NCBI GenBank assembly: GCA_047639475.1
Contig: JBLIOD010000008.1
Coordinates: 4,158 to 68,157 of the forward strand
Origin: Gammaproteobacteria bacterium
GTDB taxonomy: Bacteria > Pseudomonadota > Gammaproteobacteria > Arenicellales > Poriferihabitantaceae
DNA length: 64,000 nt
Direction: 5' to 3'
Position numbers and translations under genes: made by a program. Below, in pieces: positions 1 through 9,332 of the stretch. Each line of letters starts with the position of its first letter. Positions within the stretch are counted from its first letter, which is position 1. Under the pieces are notes generated by a model. That model made no database searches. It had not been told where the DNA came from and worked only from the letters and a program-made list of their open reading frames with translations.

Positions 1-105
1 TAATGGGTGAATTCACCGTGAACTGCCCATGGAGGTGGTAAAGGCAGCGCACAATAAGTAAAAACTTAGTGTTGTTTGTTGGCTAATAGTTCAAATTAAA
101 AAACT

Positions 106-1452
106 TTAATCAATGTTGGTTAAGGCGCTAACCAAGCCACCAAAATCACCATTGCTCATCACGACTACAATGTCGGTGGAACTGATGTTTGATTCTAGTT
201 CAGCTAGGCCCTGTTTTACAGTGCTAAACGCATAAGTTGGTGATTGGCCCGTCTCGTTAGCCAGTGACCAACCCAAATCACCTGATTCAAGATAATATAC
301 ACTAGAGGCCAAGGCCAAAGCTTGTGGTAGCGTCTGTGCATGCACGCTGGTTCGCATAGTATTTGACCGTGGCTCGAGCACGGCTACCAATTTTTGGTTT
401 GGGTGTTTTTTTCTGAGTGTCTCTAACGTTTTTGCAATGGCAGTAGGGTGGTGAGCAAAGTCTTCATATAGGGTGAATCCGCGTTTTGTCGCGTGTGTCT
501 GTAAGCGTTTAGCAGGTAGTACGAATGTGCTCAACGCCAGTTGCACCGTTTTGGCATTAACACCGGCGTGGTGAGCTGCCGCCACCGCCGCGATGGCATT
601 ACTCATATTGTGTTCGCCAAAACAATTCCAACTTACCTCACAAAAAAGTGTCTGGTGTTTGTAAATAATAAATGAACTAGCGTCATTTTCTGTTGCCTGT
701 GCAAACCAGTCTGAATTTGCTTTGGTGGTCGAGAAGGTTATGATGGGGGTCCAGGAACCCATGGCCAACGTTTCTTCTAGATGCGAATCGTCCGCATTGA
801 CAATTAATCTGCCGTTACCAGGTACCGTGCGAATTAAATGGTGAAATTGTTTTTTGATCGCATCTAAATCGTCAAAAATATCGGCATGATCAAATTCGAG
901 ATTGTTCAACACCGCCACGGTAGGGCGGTAGTGAAGGAATTTAGAACGCTTGTCAAAAAAGGCGGTGTCGTATTCATCGGCCTCGACAACAAAGGCTTTG
1001 CCTTTTCCGAGCTGGGCTGATCGATCGAAGTTACCTGGTTTACCGCCAATTAAGAACCCTGGGTCTAAATTGCCACACTGTAGTAGCCAAGCCAGCATGC
1101 TCGAAGTAGAAGTTTTGCCGTGGGTTCCCGCAATGGCGTAAGTCTCCCGGCCTTTGAGGATGTTATCGCACAGCCATTGCGGTCCAGAGGTATAGCTAAG
1201 CGAGTGTTCCAAAACATGCTCTACCATCGGGTTGCCCCGAGACATCGCGTTGCCGATTACAAACTCTGTGACCTCTGCTGGAATTGTGGTGGGCACATAA
1301 CCCTGCTGCACGCCAATATCCAACGCGTCAAGCAAGGTGCTCATTGGTGGATAGATGTTTGCGTCGCAACCACTGACTTTCATTCCGGCCTCTTTGGCAA
1401 GGGATGCTATTCCCGCCATGAAGGTGCCTGCAATGCCGAGTATTTGGATCAC
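106..1452 (-). CDS. mpl: UDP-N-acetylmuramate:L-alanyl-gamma-D-glutamyl-meso-diaminopimelate ligase (murein peptide ligase)
   Basis: 448-aa ORF. The N-terminus MIQILGIAGTFMAGIA...SGCDANIYPPMSTLL and the Mur-ligase P-loop AGTHGKTSTSSM match Mpl along the whole length. Confidence 0.9.
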   Translation of the reverse strand: MIQILGIAGTFMAGIASLAKEAGMKVSGCDANIYPPMSTLLDALDIGVQQGYVPTTIPAEVTEFVIGNAMSRGNPMVEHVLEHSLSYTSGPQWLCDNILKGRETYAIAGTHGKTSTSSMLAWLLQCGNLDPGFLIGGKPGNFDRSAQLGKGKAFVVEADEYDTAFFDKRSKFLHYRPTVAVLNNLEFDHADIFDDLDAIKKQFHHLIRTVPGNGRLIVNADDSHLEETLAMGSWTPIITFSTTKANSDWFAQATENDASSFIIYKHQTLFCEVSWNCFGEHNMSNAIAAVAAAHHAGVNAKTVQLALSTFVLPAKRLQTHATKRGFTLYEDFAHHPTAIAKTLETLRKKHPNQKLVAVLEPRSNTMRTSVHAQTLPQALALASSVYYLESGDLGWSLANETGQSPTYAFSTVKQGLAELESNISSTDIVVVMSNGDFGGLVSALTNID

Positions 1453-1463
1453 AATGCGCGGAT

Positions 1464-1991
1464 TTAATTAGGCAGAGTGAATGGCGTTGACGGGCTAAAC
1501 GCACCAATTAACGCACTCATCGCCAATGTCAGTAAATAGATAATCAAAAAGGTGTTCATGGTGGCTCGGAAGGTTGAGATTTCCATGGATTCACGTAGGA
1601 TGCGCACGGTTAGTACAAATAACCAAATTTGCAACGCTGCGACGACTAAAAGTGCACCGGAAAGATTCACCATCGCCGATCCTTGTTCAATAGACTCACG
1701 ATACTCTTCCATGAAGGCGACAAGCTTCGACATAAAAGGCAGGCTAAGCAAGTTAACCACGAACTGCGCGCCAAAGATGGCGGTCATGGTTTGGCTCCAT
1801 CTCTCAGGTTTTAAATGAATTTTAAGTATGAAATACAGTAGTAAGCCAAATAATGCCAATTTTGCAGCGGCCAAAACCACGGCTAACGGCAAGGCTTCTT
1901 GGCGAAGAATGCCGAGTACCTCGGTTACGAAAGCCAAGCTTGCCGCTATTTTTAGCGCATTATCGTGGCTGGGCATGTCTTGGGCTTTCAT
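1464..1991 (-). CDS. hypothetical inner-membrane protein (4-5 predicted TM helices), probably co-transcribed with mpl
   Basis: The ORF track extends to 2108, but that would overlap the divergent rnd start. The internal ATG at 1991 (MKAQDMPSH...) is more plausible. The sequence is hydrophobic and ends 12 nt before the mpl start. No family recognised. Confidence 0.55.
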   Translation of the reverse strand: MKAQDMPSHDNALKIAASLAFVTEVLGILRQEALPLAVVLAAAKLALFGLLLYFILKIHLKPERWSQTMTAIFGAQFVVNLLSLPFMSKLVAFMEEYRESIEQGSAMVNLSGALLVVAALQIWLFVLTVRILRESMEISTFRATMNTFLIIYLLTLAMSALIGAFSPSTPFTLPN

Positions 1992-2069
1992 TTTGGCGAT
2001 GAATACCAAAAAGAAACTACTGATTAAATTGGTCAAACTTTTTTCTCCGTTCCAACTAAAATTAGCGCT

Positions 2070-3170
2070 ATGAAAATAGCACCTTTCGATTATATCGACT
2101 CTGATCAAAAATTAACGCAATTCTGTACGCAAATAGCAAATGCAGATTGGATTGCGGTCGACACTGAATTTATGCGGGAGCGTACTTATTACGCACAACT
2201 AGCACTCATTCAGGTTACTTGTGAATACGGCAGTGCTTGTATTGACCCAGTTGCGGTATCAAATTTAGAACCCTTTACAACCATTATGCAAAGCCCAGAC
2301 TGTTTGAAAATCATGCATTCGGCCTCTCAAGACTTGGAAGTGTTGAATCAAGTGATGGGTTTTGTGCCCAGTCCCTTATTTGATACCCAAATCGCAGCGG
2401 GTTTTATGGGCGCTGCAGATCAAATTTCATACGCCGGCATTGTTAAAGACCGATTGGGAATTGAATTAAGTAAGGAGCAAACTCGTACCAATTGGTTGCA
2501 ACGGCCACTCACCGCTGATCAAATTGAATACGCTCAGTTAGATGTGGTGTACTTGAAGGCGCTAACTGACCAATTGTCGGAGCAGCTCGACGAGAAAGGC
2601 CGATTACAATGGCATTATGACGAATGTGCTGTGTTGGTTAAGCGCTATGAGCAGGAAGATGCCATTAATCAGGCGTGGCTCAGGATAAAATCAGTACAAT
2701 CAATGGACGCTAAAGCGCAAGGGGTGGTTCAAGTTGTATCGGCTTGGCGTGAACAATTAGCCCAAGAGCGTGATTTGCCCAGAGAGTGGGTACTGGGTAA
2801 GCAAGCAATTGTAGAAATAGCTCGAGCTGGACCAACTGACATGCAAGGGCTTCACTCACTTGAATCATTGACGGATAAACAACGGCAGCGCTACGGTAAA
2901 ACGTTGATCCAGTTGGTCGAGCAGGCTGCTGAAAATGCATCACCCTTGCCAGTTCATTCGCCATTAGACAGTGCACAGCGAAATCAATCGAAGGCGTTAA
3001 TGTCCAAACTTCGAGAGTCTGCGGAGGTATTGTCAATAACTCCCGCTTTGTTGGCTAACCGTAACTCAATCGAATTATTGGTGCGTGGTGAGCGTGATCT
3101 GCCATTGTTACGTACTTGGCGCGCGGAGCAGATAGGCAGTACTCTTTTGCAAATGTTAGAGACTGGTTAG
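2070..3170 (+). CDS. rnd: ribonuclease D
   Basis: 366 aa. The DEDD exonuclease N-terminus (IAVDTEFMRERTYYAQLALIQV), the HRDC-type C-terminal half and the length are all close to E. coli RNase D. Confidence 0.88.
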   Translation: MKIAPFDYIDSDQKLTQFCTQIANADWIAVDTEFMRERTYYAQLALIQVTCEYGSACIDPVAVSNLEPFTTIMQSPDCLKIMHSASQDLEVLNQVMGFVPSPLFDTQIAAGFMGAADQISYAGIVKDRLGIELSKEQTRTNWLQRPLTADQIEYAQLDVVYLKALTDQLSEQLDEKGRLQWHYDECAVLVKRYEQEDAINQAWLRIKSVQSMDAKAQGVVQVVSAWREQLAQERDLPREWVLGKQAIVEIARAGPTDMQGLHSLESLTDKQRQRYGKTLIQLVEQAAENASPLPVHSPLDSAQRNQSKALMSKLRESAEVLSITPALLANRNSIELLVRGERDLPLLRTWRAEQIGSTLLQMLETG

Positions 3171-3292
3171 CTCGTACAGCATTTTTTCACAGTGATCTGT
3201 TGTTATTCAGCATTAAATATTATTAACCCAGTAAGGTTTATAAAATAAGTATCCTAAGGGCTTCATAACTCTTTTTGATGGAATAAAAAAAC

Positions 3293-6178
3293 GTGCATAA
3301 ACACCTTGTTCACATTTATTGTTGCTTTGGGTCATTGCTGTTGATTGCCATGCTGCAATCAGCAATGGCAGAAACTTCCTCTGAGACGCCAGTGATTAAA
3401 AGCCCTGCAGATCACCGCGAATATGCACCTCTTACTTTAGACAATGGCCTGCAAGTGATGTTGGTGTCGGATGCAGAAGCAGACGAAGCAGCAGCGGCAA
3501 TGGATGTTTATGTAGGCAGCGGTGACGATCCAGATGACCGTGAAGGCTTGGCGCACTATCTAGAGCACATGCTTTTTCTCGGCACCGAAAAATACCCTGA
3601 GGCAGGAGAATATCAGAAATTCATTCGCCAGCATGGAGGGCGCAACAATGCCTATACCGTGCTGAGCAATACCAATTACTATTTCAGTATCGACCCAGAT
3701 TTTTTTGAGCCGGCTTTAGATCGATTCGCGCAATTTTTTATAGCCCCATTGTTTAACAAAGACAATGTCCAGCGTGAACGCTCTGTGGTGGATTCAGAGT
3801 ACCGGGCTAGAGTGAAAGATGAAGGTCGCCGTCTGTGGGCTGCTCGTGGCCAAGTTTATAATCCTGCTCATCCGGCTACTGGTTTTTCAGTCGGCAGTTT
3901 AGACACTTTGGCCGATCGAGAAGACGACTTGGTACGTGACGACTTAATCGCATTTTATAAACAACACTACCATAGCGCTAAAATGCGATTAGTGGTAGTG
4001 AGTAAAGAGCCTATTGAACAATTGCGAACTTGGGTGGTGGAAAAATTTAGTGCGTTGCCCAAAGCACAAGCCGAACGCGAATCGTTTTCAGAGCCGCTGT
4101 TTTTACCTGGCGTCTTGCCCAAAAAATTAACGCTTAAGCCGCTAAAGGAAGCGCGCCGGGTCACATTTAGTTTTCCCGTTGCCTCCGCAGATTCTTTTGT
4201 TGATAACAAGCCGCTACATTATTTGTCCAATTTAATTGGCCATGAGGGAGAGGGTTCGCTGTTAGCCGAATTGAAGAAACGAGCATGGGCCAACGGTTTG
4301 AGTGCGGGCCGTGGTTATATGGACGAAGTGCAGGGGAGCTTTGATATCAGTATTTCTCTCAGCCCTGAGGGACTTAAGCATATTGATGAAATTGGTGAAA
4401 TGCTCTTTGGTTATCTTGCACTGGTGAAGCAGCAAGGAATAAAGGAAAGGTATTTTCAAGAGCAAAAACAATTGGCGGAATTGGATTTTAAGTTCATGGA
4501 GCAAAGCTCACCGCAAAGTTTGGCACAGAGCTTGGCTTCTCGGCTACAGCGGTTTTCTGCTGCTGAGGTATTGATCGCCCCGTATTCCTACAAATTATTC
4601 GATGAGGAATTGATTAGCGCTTATTTAGAGACGATGACGCCGCATAATTTGCTACTTAGCATTGTGGACCCTTCCCTTCAATCAGAAAAATTAACACCTT
4701 GGTATGATGTTGAGTTCAGCCTAGTGGATATCGATAAAACAGACCTGCAACTCTGGGAGAATGCACGCCAAGTCGCTTGGATGCAGATGCCATCGATTAA
4801 CCCCTTTATTCCAGTTGACACTGATCTTTTACCGGGCGAATTAGCGCAAAAAAATCCGACTTTACTTAATTCATCGAGTGGTTTGGATGTTTGGCACCAA
4901 ACTTTGCTAGAGTATGAGCAACCTAAATCAGAATTTTATTTTAGCGTGCAATCACCTTTCGCGAATAGTGACCCACGCTCTGGGGTATTAACGCAACTCT
5001 ATGTGGATGCTGTCAATGAAGGGTTAAACAGTTTTACTTACGCTGCTTATTTAGCAGGCCTTGGGTACGACATGTATCCACATAGCCGCGGATTTAGCGT
5101 CCGTATTAGTGGTTATAGCGATAAGCAACACACTTTGTTAGAGCGCATTCTAGAGGCGCTGTCTATCGACGAATTGGCCGAAGTAAAGTTTGAGCAAATC
5201 AAGCAAAACCTGCGACAGGGATTGGAAAACTCCTTCAAGGGGCGACCATCTGATGTGCTGATGAGCGGCGTGTATGAGGTGCTCCTGTCATCAAATTGGT
5301 CTACCGAAGAAGAGCTAACTGCTTTAAGTACGATAACGCTTAAAGAGCTGCTCGAACACTCGAAACGCATCTTTAAAGACATTCAAGTCACCACCTTATC
5401 TGCGGGCAATGTCAGCGAAGAACAGACGCAAAACTTGGCGAGCTTATTAAGTGCTCAGTTTGACGATAAATTAAGTGAATCGGGCGTTCCGCGATCTGTG
5501 GTGCGCCAATTTGCAAACGGCCAAGTTATCTACCGAGAAAAGTCACTGACTCATCCAGACAGTGCTTTGGCTTTATATTTTCAGGGTCGAGACAAGAGTG
5601 TCAAAGAGCAAGCGATAACGCAGATACTGAGCGCCGCAATGGGGCCAGATTTTTACCAAAACTTACGTACAGAAAACGAAATCGGGTATTTGGTCCAGGC
5701 CTTCGCTTTCAATCTATTAGAGGTGCCGGCAATGGCAGTTTCTATTCAAAGTAGTAGCCACAGCGTCGGCGAAACCATGCAATTGGTTGATACTTTCTTG
5801 CAGTCGTATCTCGAAAAATTGCAAGCGTTGACACCCAAGGAGCTAGAAACCACCAAAGCTGGCGTCATTTCGCAACTTTTACAGAAGGACAAAACACTCA
5901 ATCAGGCTGCCCGTAGAGCGTGGCGAGAGATAGATCGAAAAAATGAAAATTTCAATAGTCGTGAAAACTTGATCGAAGCTTTACAGGCTATAGATCAGCA
6001 ATCACTAGTGAGTTTTCATCAAGAAAGAATACTGTCCAAGCAAAGGTCTGAACTGCTGTTAGTACACTATGGCGATAAAGGCACTAAAATGGACGAGCGC
6101 ATAGCTGCAGAAGTGCTTAAAGATCACAGTTTGCAGCAACTGCGTGACAGATTAAAAGATACTTTTCCCCCGTATTAA
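3293..6178 (+). CDS. periplasmic M16 (insulinase/pitrilysin-like) zinc metalloprotease
   Basis: 961 aa with a GTG start and a signal peptide (LLLIAMLQSAMA/ETS). It has the inverted zinc motif HYLEHMLFLGTEKYP (HxxEH). The size matches protease III-type enzymes. Confidence 0.85.
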   Translation: MHKHLVHIYCCFGSLLLIAMLQSAMAETSSETPVIKSPADHREYAPLTLDNGLQVMLVSDAEADEAAAAMDVYVGSGDDPDDREGLAHYLEHMLFLGTEKYPEAGEYQKFIRQHGGRNNAYTVLSNTNYYFSIDPDFFEPALDRFAQFFIAPLFNKDNVQRERSVVDSEYRARVKDEGRRLWAARGQVYNPAHPATGFSVGSLDTLADREDDLVRDDLIAFYKQHYHSAKMRLVVVSKEPIEQLRTWVVEKFSALPKAQAERESFSEPLFLPGVLPKKLTLKPLKEARRVTFSFPVASADSFVDNKPLHYLSNLIGHEGEGSLLAELKKRAWANGLSAGRGYMDEVQGSFDISISLSPEGLKHIDEIGEMLFGYLALVKQQGIKERYFQEQKQLAELDFKFMEQSSPQSLAQSLASRLQRFSAAEVLIAPYSYKLFDEELISAYLETMTPHNLLLSIVDPSLQSEKLTPWYDVEFSLVDIDKTDLQLWENARQVAWMQMPSINPFIPVDTDLLPGELAQKNPTLLNSSSGLDVWHQTLLEYEQPKSEFYFSVQSPFANSDPRSGVLTQLYVDAVNEGLNSFTYAAYLAGLGYDMYPHSRGFSVRISGYSDKQHTLLERILEALSIDELAEVKFEQIKQNLRQGLENSFKGRPSDVLMSGVYEVLLSSNWSTEEELTALSTITLKELLEHSKRIFKDIQVTTLSAGNVSEEQTQNLASLLSAQFDDKLSESGVPRSVVRQFANGQVIYREKSLTHPDSALALYFQGRDKSVKEQAITQILSAAMGPDFYQNLRTENEIGYLVQAFAFNLLEVPAMAVSIQSSSHSVGETMQLVDTFLQSYLEKLQALTPKELETTKAGVISQLLQKDKTLNQAARRAWREIDRKNENFNSRENLIEALQAIDQQSLVSFHQERILSKQRSELLLVHYGDKGTKMDERIAAEVLKDHSLQQLRDRLKDTFPPY

Positions 6179-6182
6179 ATCT

Positions 6183-6686
6183 ATGCATGAACAAACGCTG
6201 TTGATCAATAATCAATCTTTGGCGCAGACGGCCGCCTGTAAGTTACAGGCGGCGGGCATTAAAATAACAACCGTTGAATCCTGTTCAGGCGGATTGTTGG
6301 CTGGCCTGTTCACGTCTTTTGATGGCAGCTCAAGTTGGTTTGATAGAGGATTTGTCACTTATAGTAATCAAGCAAAACAAGACCAAGTAGGCGTTTGCAT
6401 GGCATCGATTACTGAATATGGTGCGGTGAGTAAGGAAGTGGCGAAGCAGATGGCGCAGGGCGGGTTAGCAAATAGTGAGGCTGAATTGGCAGTGTCCGTT
6501 ACGGGGGTTGCAGGTCCAGCGGGTGGTTCGACTGAAAAGCCGGTAGGTACCGTGTGTATCGCAGTGGCTGGGTCAAACAACCTGGTCACTGTGCGGCAGT
6601 TTGAATTTGCTGGCGACAGAGAAGGTATTAGGGCTAAAAGTGTCAATCAAGCGCTTCTCCAGATTATTGAATTTGTTTCAAATTGA
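6183..6686 (+). CDS. pncC: nicotinamide-nucleotide amidohydrolase (CinA C-terminal domain family)
   Basis: 167 aa. ITTVESCSGGLLAG...VTYSNQAKQ...VSVTGVAGPAGGSTEKPVGTV is typical of PncC/YgaD. Confidence 0.85.
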   Translation: MHEQTLLINNQSLAQTAACKLQAAGIKITTVESCSGGLLAGLFTSFDGSSSWFDRGFVTYSNQAKQDQVGVCMASITEYGAVSKEVAKQMAQGGLANSEAELAVSVTGVAGPAGGSTEKPVGTVCIAVAGSNNLVTVRQFEFAGDREGIRAKSVNQALLQIIEFVSN

Positions 6687-6906
6687 ACAATCGTAAACAA
6701 AGTTGCAATCTCAATCTCAGTCACAACCCTCTGTTAGTAGGGGGAGGAACCCAATTCGGTTTAATCCTTTTATTCGCATTTGCACTCCCGGTGACCTCCA
6801 CCTTGAATGCCCGTTCTTATTATCACAGAGCAGTGTGACACTAAGGCAATATGCAACCCTTTAAAAAACCGAATTAGCTATTTATCCAATAAATAGTCCT
6901 CTAATC

Positions 6907-7066
6907 GCAGGGCCCACTAAAAGTTGACTCCGCAAAAGCGCGCTCCTTGTGGCCTTGTCTCTTTGCTTCTCAGTGAATGATAATTTATTGCTAAACTACG
7001 CTTATCCCTAAGTTGATGGCTGCATTATTACTGACTTCTTTTCGTGATGATGTGTCTTATGCCACA
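6907..7066 (-). repeat. noncoding repeat unit A (paralogue of unit B)
   Basis: It aligns by eye with 7166-7319 over its whole length. Identical blocks include CCTTGTCTCTTTGCTT (6952-6967 vs 7209-7224) and CTTATCC(C/T)TAAG. No credible ORF. Confidence 0.8.
7051..7066 (-). promoter_or_regulatory. CRP-spaced palindrome of unit A (TGTGT-CTTATG-CCACA on + strand) with downstream AATAAT (7029-7024, minus strand)
   Basis: 8 of 10 positions match the TGTGA-N6-TCACA pentamers. It lies 21 nt upstream of an ATAAT hexamer, which puts the palindrome centre near -41.5 of the implied start. Confidence 0.4.
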
Positions 7067-7189
7067 TAATATGGAGTTAGATAGATGGTATTCCAAAGCA
7101 TGTCGATTTGCTGAGAGCCAAATTAATTGGCCAGCTCTGATGGGATGTAAGTGAGTTGAATTTTTGCAGAGCCCATAAATGGGCTCCAC

Positions 7190-7270
7190 AAAAAGAGCAA
7201 TCCCTGTGACCTTGTCTCTTTGCTTTCGCAAAGAAGATTTATTACTAAATCGTGCTTATCCTTAAGCCGA
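7190..7270 (-). ncRNA. candidate ~80-nt small RNA transcribed from unit B (boundaries predicted, not observed)
   Basis: The 5' end is inferred from the -10 hexamer. The body has a 5' hairpin CUUA-AGGA-UAAG (7266-7255), an AU-rich stretch and the invariant block AAGCAAAGAGACAAGG. It ends in a bulged hairpin GAG(A)CAA/UUGCUC followed by U5 (7218-7190). Confidence 0.3.
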
Positions 7271-7303
7271 AGCCGTATTATCTCTGTCTATTCCGAAGAA
7301 GTA

Positions 7304-7319
7304 TGTGACATATAACACA
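7304..7319 (-). promoter_or_regulatory. CRP-spaced palindrome of unit B (TGTGA-CATATA-ACACA on + strand) with downstream GATAAT (7282-7277, minus strand)
   Basis: 9 of 10 pentamer positions match. The 21-nt spacing to the -10-like hexamer is the same as in unit A. Confidence 0.45.
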
Positions 7320-7401
7320 GTAAGCCCAATAAGGTAGAAGTGCCATTGGAAGTGCTCTAATTAATAGAAGGGTGCGCGGCGCTGGCGTGAGCGCTGCGAG
7401 C

Positions 7402-7427
7402 AATAAAAAGGACTCCAATTGGAGTCC
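7402..7427 (-). terminator. rho-independent terminator of icd
   Basis: On the minus strand: GGACUCCAAUUGGAGUCC hairpin followed by UUUUUAUU, about 45 nt after the icd stop. Confidence 0.8.
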
Positions 7428-7469
7428 CTCATTATGCATAAGCAGCTGACTTAGCTGCAATGTCGTTGC

Positions 7470-8717
7470 TTAAGTTAACTTTTCTATTAACTTGTCTGCA
7501 AATTCACTGGTAGAAACAGTGGTTGCATTTTCCATTAAACGGGCAAAATCGTAAGTTACAGTTTTATCGGCGATCACTTTTGGATACGCTTCATGGATGA
7601 GATCTGCGGCTTCTTTCCAGCCTAGGTACTCGAGCATCATGACGCCTGATAGCAACAAGGACGAAGGATTAACTTTGTTTTTGTTGGCGTACTTTGGGGC
7701 GGTGCCGTGGGTGGCTTCAAACACACCGATGTTATCGGCCATGTTCGCTCCCGGTGCAATGCCAATGCCGCCGACCTCTGCTGCAACGGCATCAGAGAGA
7801 TAATCACCGTTCAAATTAGAAGTGGCGATCACGTCAAATTCTGCAGGTCGTAGTTGCAGCAACTGAAACATAATATCTGCAATGCGGTCTTTGATGACGA
7901 TTTTACCGGTAGGTACTTCGCCATCATAATCATCCCACAATTGGTCTTCGGTAATGGTTTGTTCGCCAAACTCTTCGCTAGCCACTTCGTAAGCCCAGTT
8001 ACGAAAAGCCCCTTCGGTAAACTTCATAATGTTGCCTTTGTGTACGATAGTCACACTGGGGCGTTTGTTATCGATGGCATATTGAATGGCTTTACGCATT
8101 AAGCGCTTTGAACCAAATGAGCTGATCGGTTTAACGCCGAGTCCAGCGCCTTCAAAAAAATCTGCACCCATTTCTTCGCGTAAAAACTTGGCCAGCTTTT
8201 CGTTTTCGGGTGTGCCACTTTCGTATTCAATTCCGGCGTAAACATCTTCAGTGTTTTCACGAAAGATAACCACGTCCACATCTTCAGGGTGTTTCAACGG
8301 GGAAGGCACGCCGTCAAAATATTTAACGGGCCGTACACAGGCGTATAAATCCATTTCTTGACGAAGTGATACATTTAACGAACGAAAGCCACCGCCGATA
8401 GGCGTGGTAAGTGGGCCCTTCATTGCAACGTGTAAGTCGCTAATGGCCTCTAGCGTTTCAGCAGGAAAGTAGTCACCGTTATAGATGCCCGCGGCTTTTT
8501 CGCCCATATAAAGCTCACACCATTGAATCTGACGATTACCTTTATAAGCCTTTTCTATGGCGGCATCCAATACACGTAAGCTTGCGGCAGTAATATCTGG
8601 CCCGATGCCGTCACCTTCCACGAAACCTATAATAGGTTGATCGGGTACTCGTAGCTCACCATTTGTTACAGTGATTTTTTCTCCAGTGCTGGGGATTTTG
8701 ATATGTTGATATGTCAT
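7470..8717 (-). CDS. icd: NADP-dependent isocitrate dehydrogenase
   Basis: The ORF track runs to 8795, but the ATG at 8717 ([17 protein letters not shown]...) gives a 415-aa protein colinear with E. coli Icd (416 aa). Confidence 0.92.
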   Translation of the reverse strand: MTYQHIKIPSTGEKITVTNGELRVPDQPIIGFVEGDGIGPDITAASLRVLDAAIEKAYKGNRQIQWCELYMGEKAAGIYNGDYFPAETLEAISDLHVAMKGPLTTPIGGGFRSLNVSLRQEMDLYACVRPVKYFDGVPSPLKHPEDVDVVIFRENTEDVYAGIEYESGTPENEKLAKFLREEMGADFFEGAGLGVKPISSFGSKRLMRKAIQYAIDNKRPSVTIVHKGNIMKFTEGAFRNWAYEVASEEFGEQTITEDQLWDDYDGEVPTGKIVIKDRIADIMFQLLQLRPAEFDVIATSNLNGDYLSDAVAAEVGGIGIAPGANMADNIGVFEATHGTAPKYANKNKVNPSSLLLSGVMMLEYLGWKEAADLIHEAYPKVIADKTVTYDFARLMENATTVSTSEFADKLIEKLT

Positions 8718-8953
8718 AGCGGTAAATATTTTACTTAATGAATAATGATCAGAGACTAATGCTGTTGGGCAATGGTTGGGTTGAAAAGTTTCCAATCCTG
8801 TTAGGTCGATTATAACAGATGGAGGCTAATCTGATTTACTTATAGCTCAGAGTGACACGTCCTAATTTAAATTAACGATTCAAAATTAGGCATTGAATAA
8901 ATGCCTCTTTGGCCCAATAATACGTGTAAATGAATGCCATAGGCACAATCTAA

Positions 8954-9289
8954 ATGTCAGTAGAAACTTTTTCCGTTAGCGAAAGTGCGATTAGTCGTAT
9001 CCAAGTGTTGATTGCCAAAAAACAACAAGATGATTTGAAATTTCGCGTATACATTCAAGGCGGAGGTTGCTCTGGGTTTCAGTATGGTTTTCAGTTCGAT
9101 GAAGAAACTTTACCAGATGATATCGTGATAGACCAAGATGGCGTAGCGGTGTTGGTTGACCCACTTAGCATGCAATATTTAGAAGACGCTGAAGTGGATT
9201 TTAAAGATGACTTACTAGGCAGCCGTTTTATTGTTAATAACCCAAATGCTGCTACCACCTGCGGTTGTGGTTCTTCCTTTTCTATTTAG
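8954..9289 (+). CDS. erpA: iron-sulfur cluster insertion protein (A-type carrier)
   Basis: 111 aa with GGGCSGFQY and the C-terminal NPNAATTCGCGSSFSI signature of ErpA. Confidence 0.9.
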   Translation: MSVETFSVSESAISRIQVLIAKKQQDDLKFRVYIQGGGCSGFQYGFQFDEETLPDDIVIDQDGVAVLVDPLSMQYLEDAEVDFKDDLLGSRFIVNNPNAATTCGCGSSFSI

Positions 9290-9309
9290 TTTTCTTCGCT
9301 TTAACTTGG

Positions 9310-9332
9310 CTAGGGTGGCATCACCCAGTTTT
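9310..9332 (+). terminator. possible erpA terminator between convergent erpA and sohB
   Basis: GGGTG-GCAT-CACCC hairpin with flanking pairs, followed by TTTT. The stem is short and it overlaps the sohB stop. Confidence 0.4.

Larger units (their letters stand above)
7166..7319 (-). repeat. noncoding repeat unit B (paralogue of unit A)
   Basis: Same alignment as unit A. It also contains a 7-bp hairpin GAGCCCA-TAAA-TGGGCTC (7169-7186) that is degenerate in unit A. Confidence 0.8.

Noticed and set aside
6-17. A 12-bp perfect palindrome GGTGAATTCACC at the window edge, downstream of mpl.
   Set aside because: It is too short and sits at the very edge. The context is missing and no U-tract follows.
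6973-6990. Fur-box-like AATGATAAT core in repeat unit A (GTGAATGATAATTTATTGC).
   Set aside because: Only about 12 of 19 positions match the Fur consensus by eye, and the segment is deleted or diverged in unit B. It is therefore not a conserved feature of the element.
7123-7176. A 17-codon mini-ORF (MGSAKIQLTYIPSELAN) on the minus strand, with GGAG 7 nt upstream, starting in the unit B hairpin.
   Set aside because: The start codon and frame are not conserved in paralogous unit A. The ORF would also lie downstream of the predicted terminator of unit B.
6700-7280. I considered a CsrB/RsmZ-type protein-sponge RNA, because GGA motifs are commoner on the minus strand of the pncC-icd spacer (about 12 on minus vs 3-4 on plus) and two of them sit in hairpin loops.
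   Set aside because: Twelve GGA in about 560 nt is only slightly above random expectation. Most are not in hairpin loops. There is no GacA/UvrY-type TGTAAG-N6-CTTACA box (the palindromes have CRP spacing) and no strong terminal terminator. I kept only the weaker statement that two loop-presented GGA hairpins are conserved between the units.
7028-7460. ORF-track entries 7028-7231 (67 aa) and 7278-7460 (60 aa) in the spacer.
   Set aside because: They run across the repeat units and the icd terminator, have odd composition, show no ribosome-binding site and carry no recognisable motifs. They are most likely chance ORFs.
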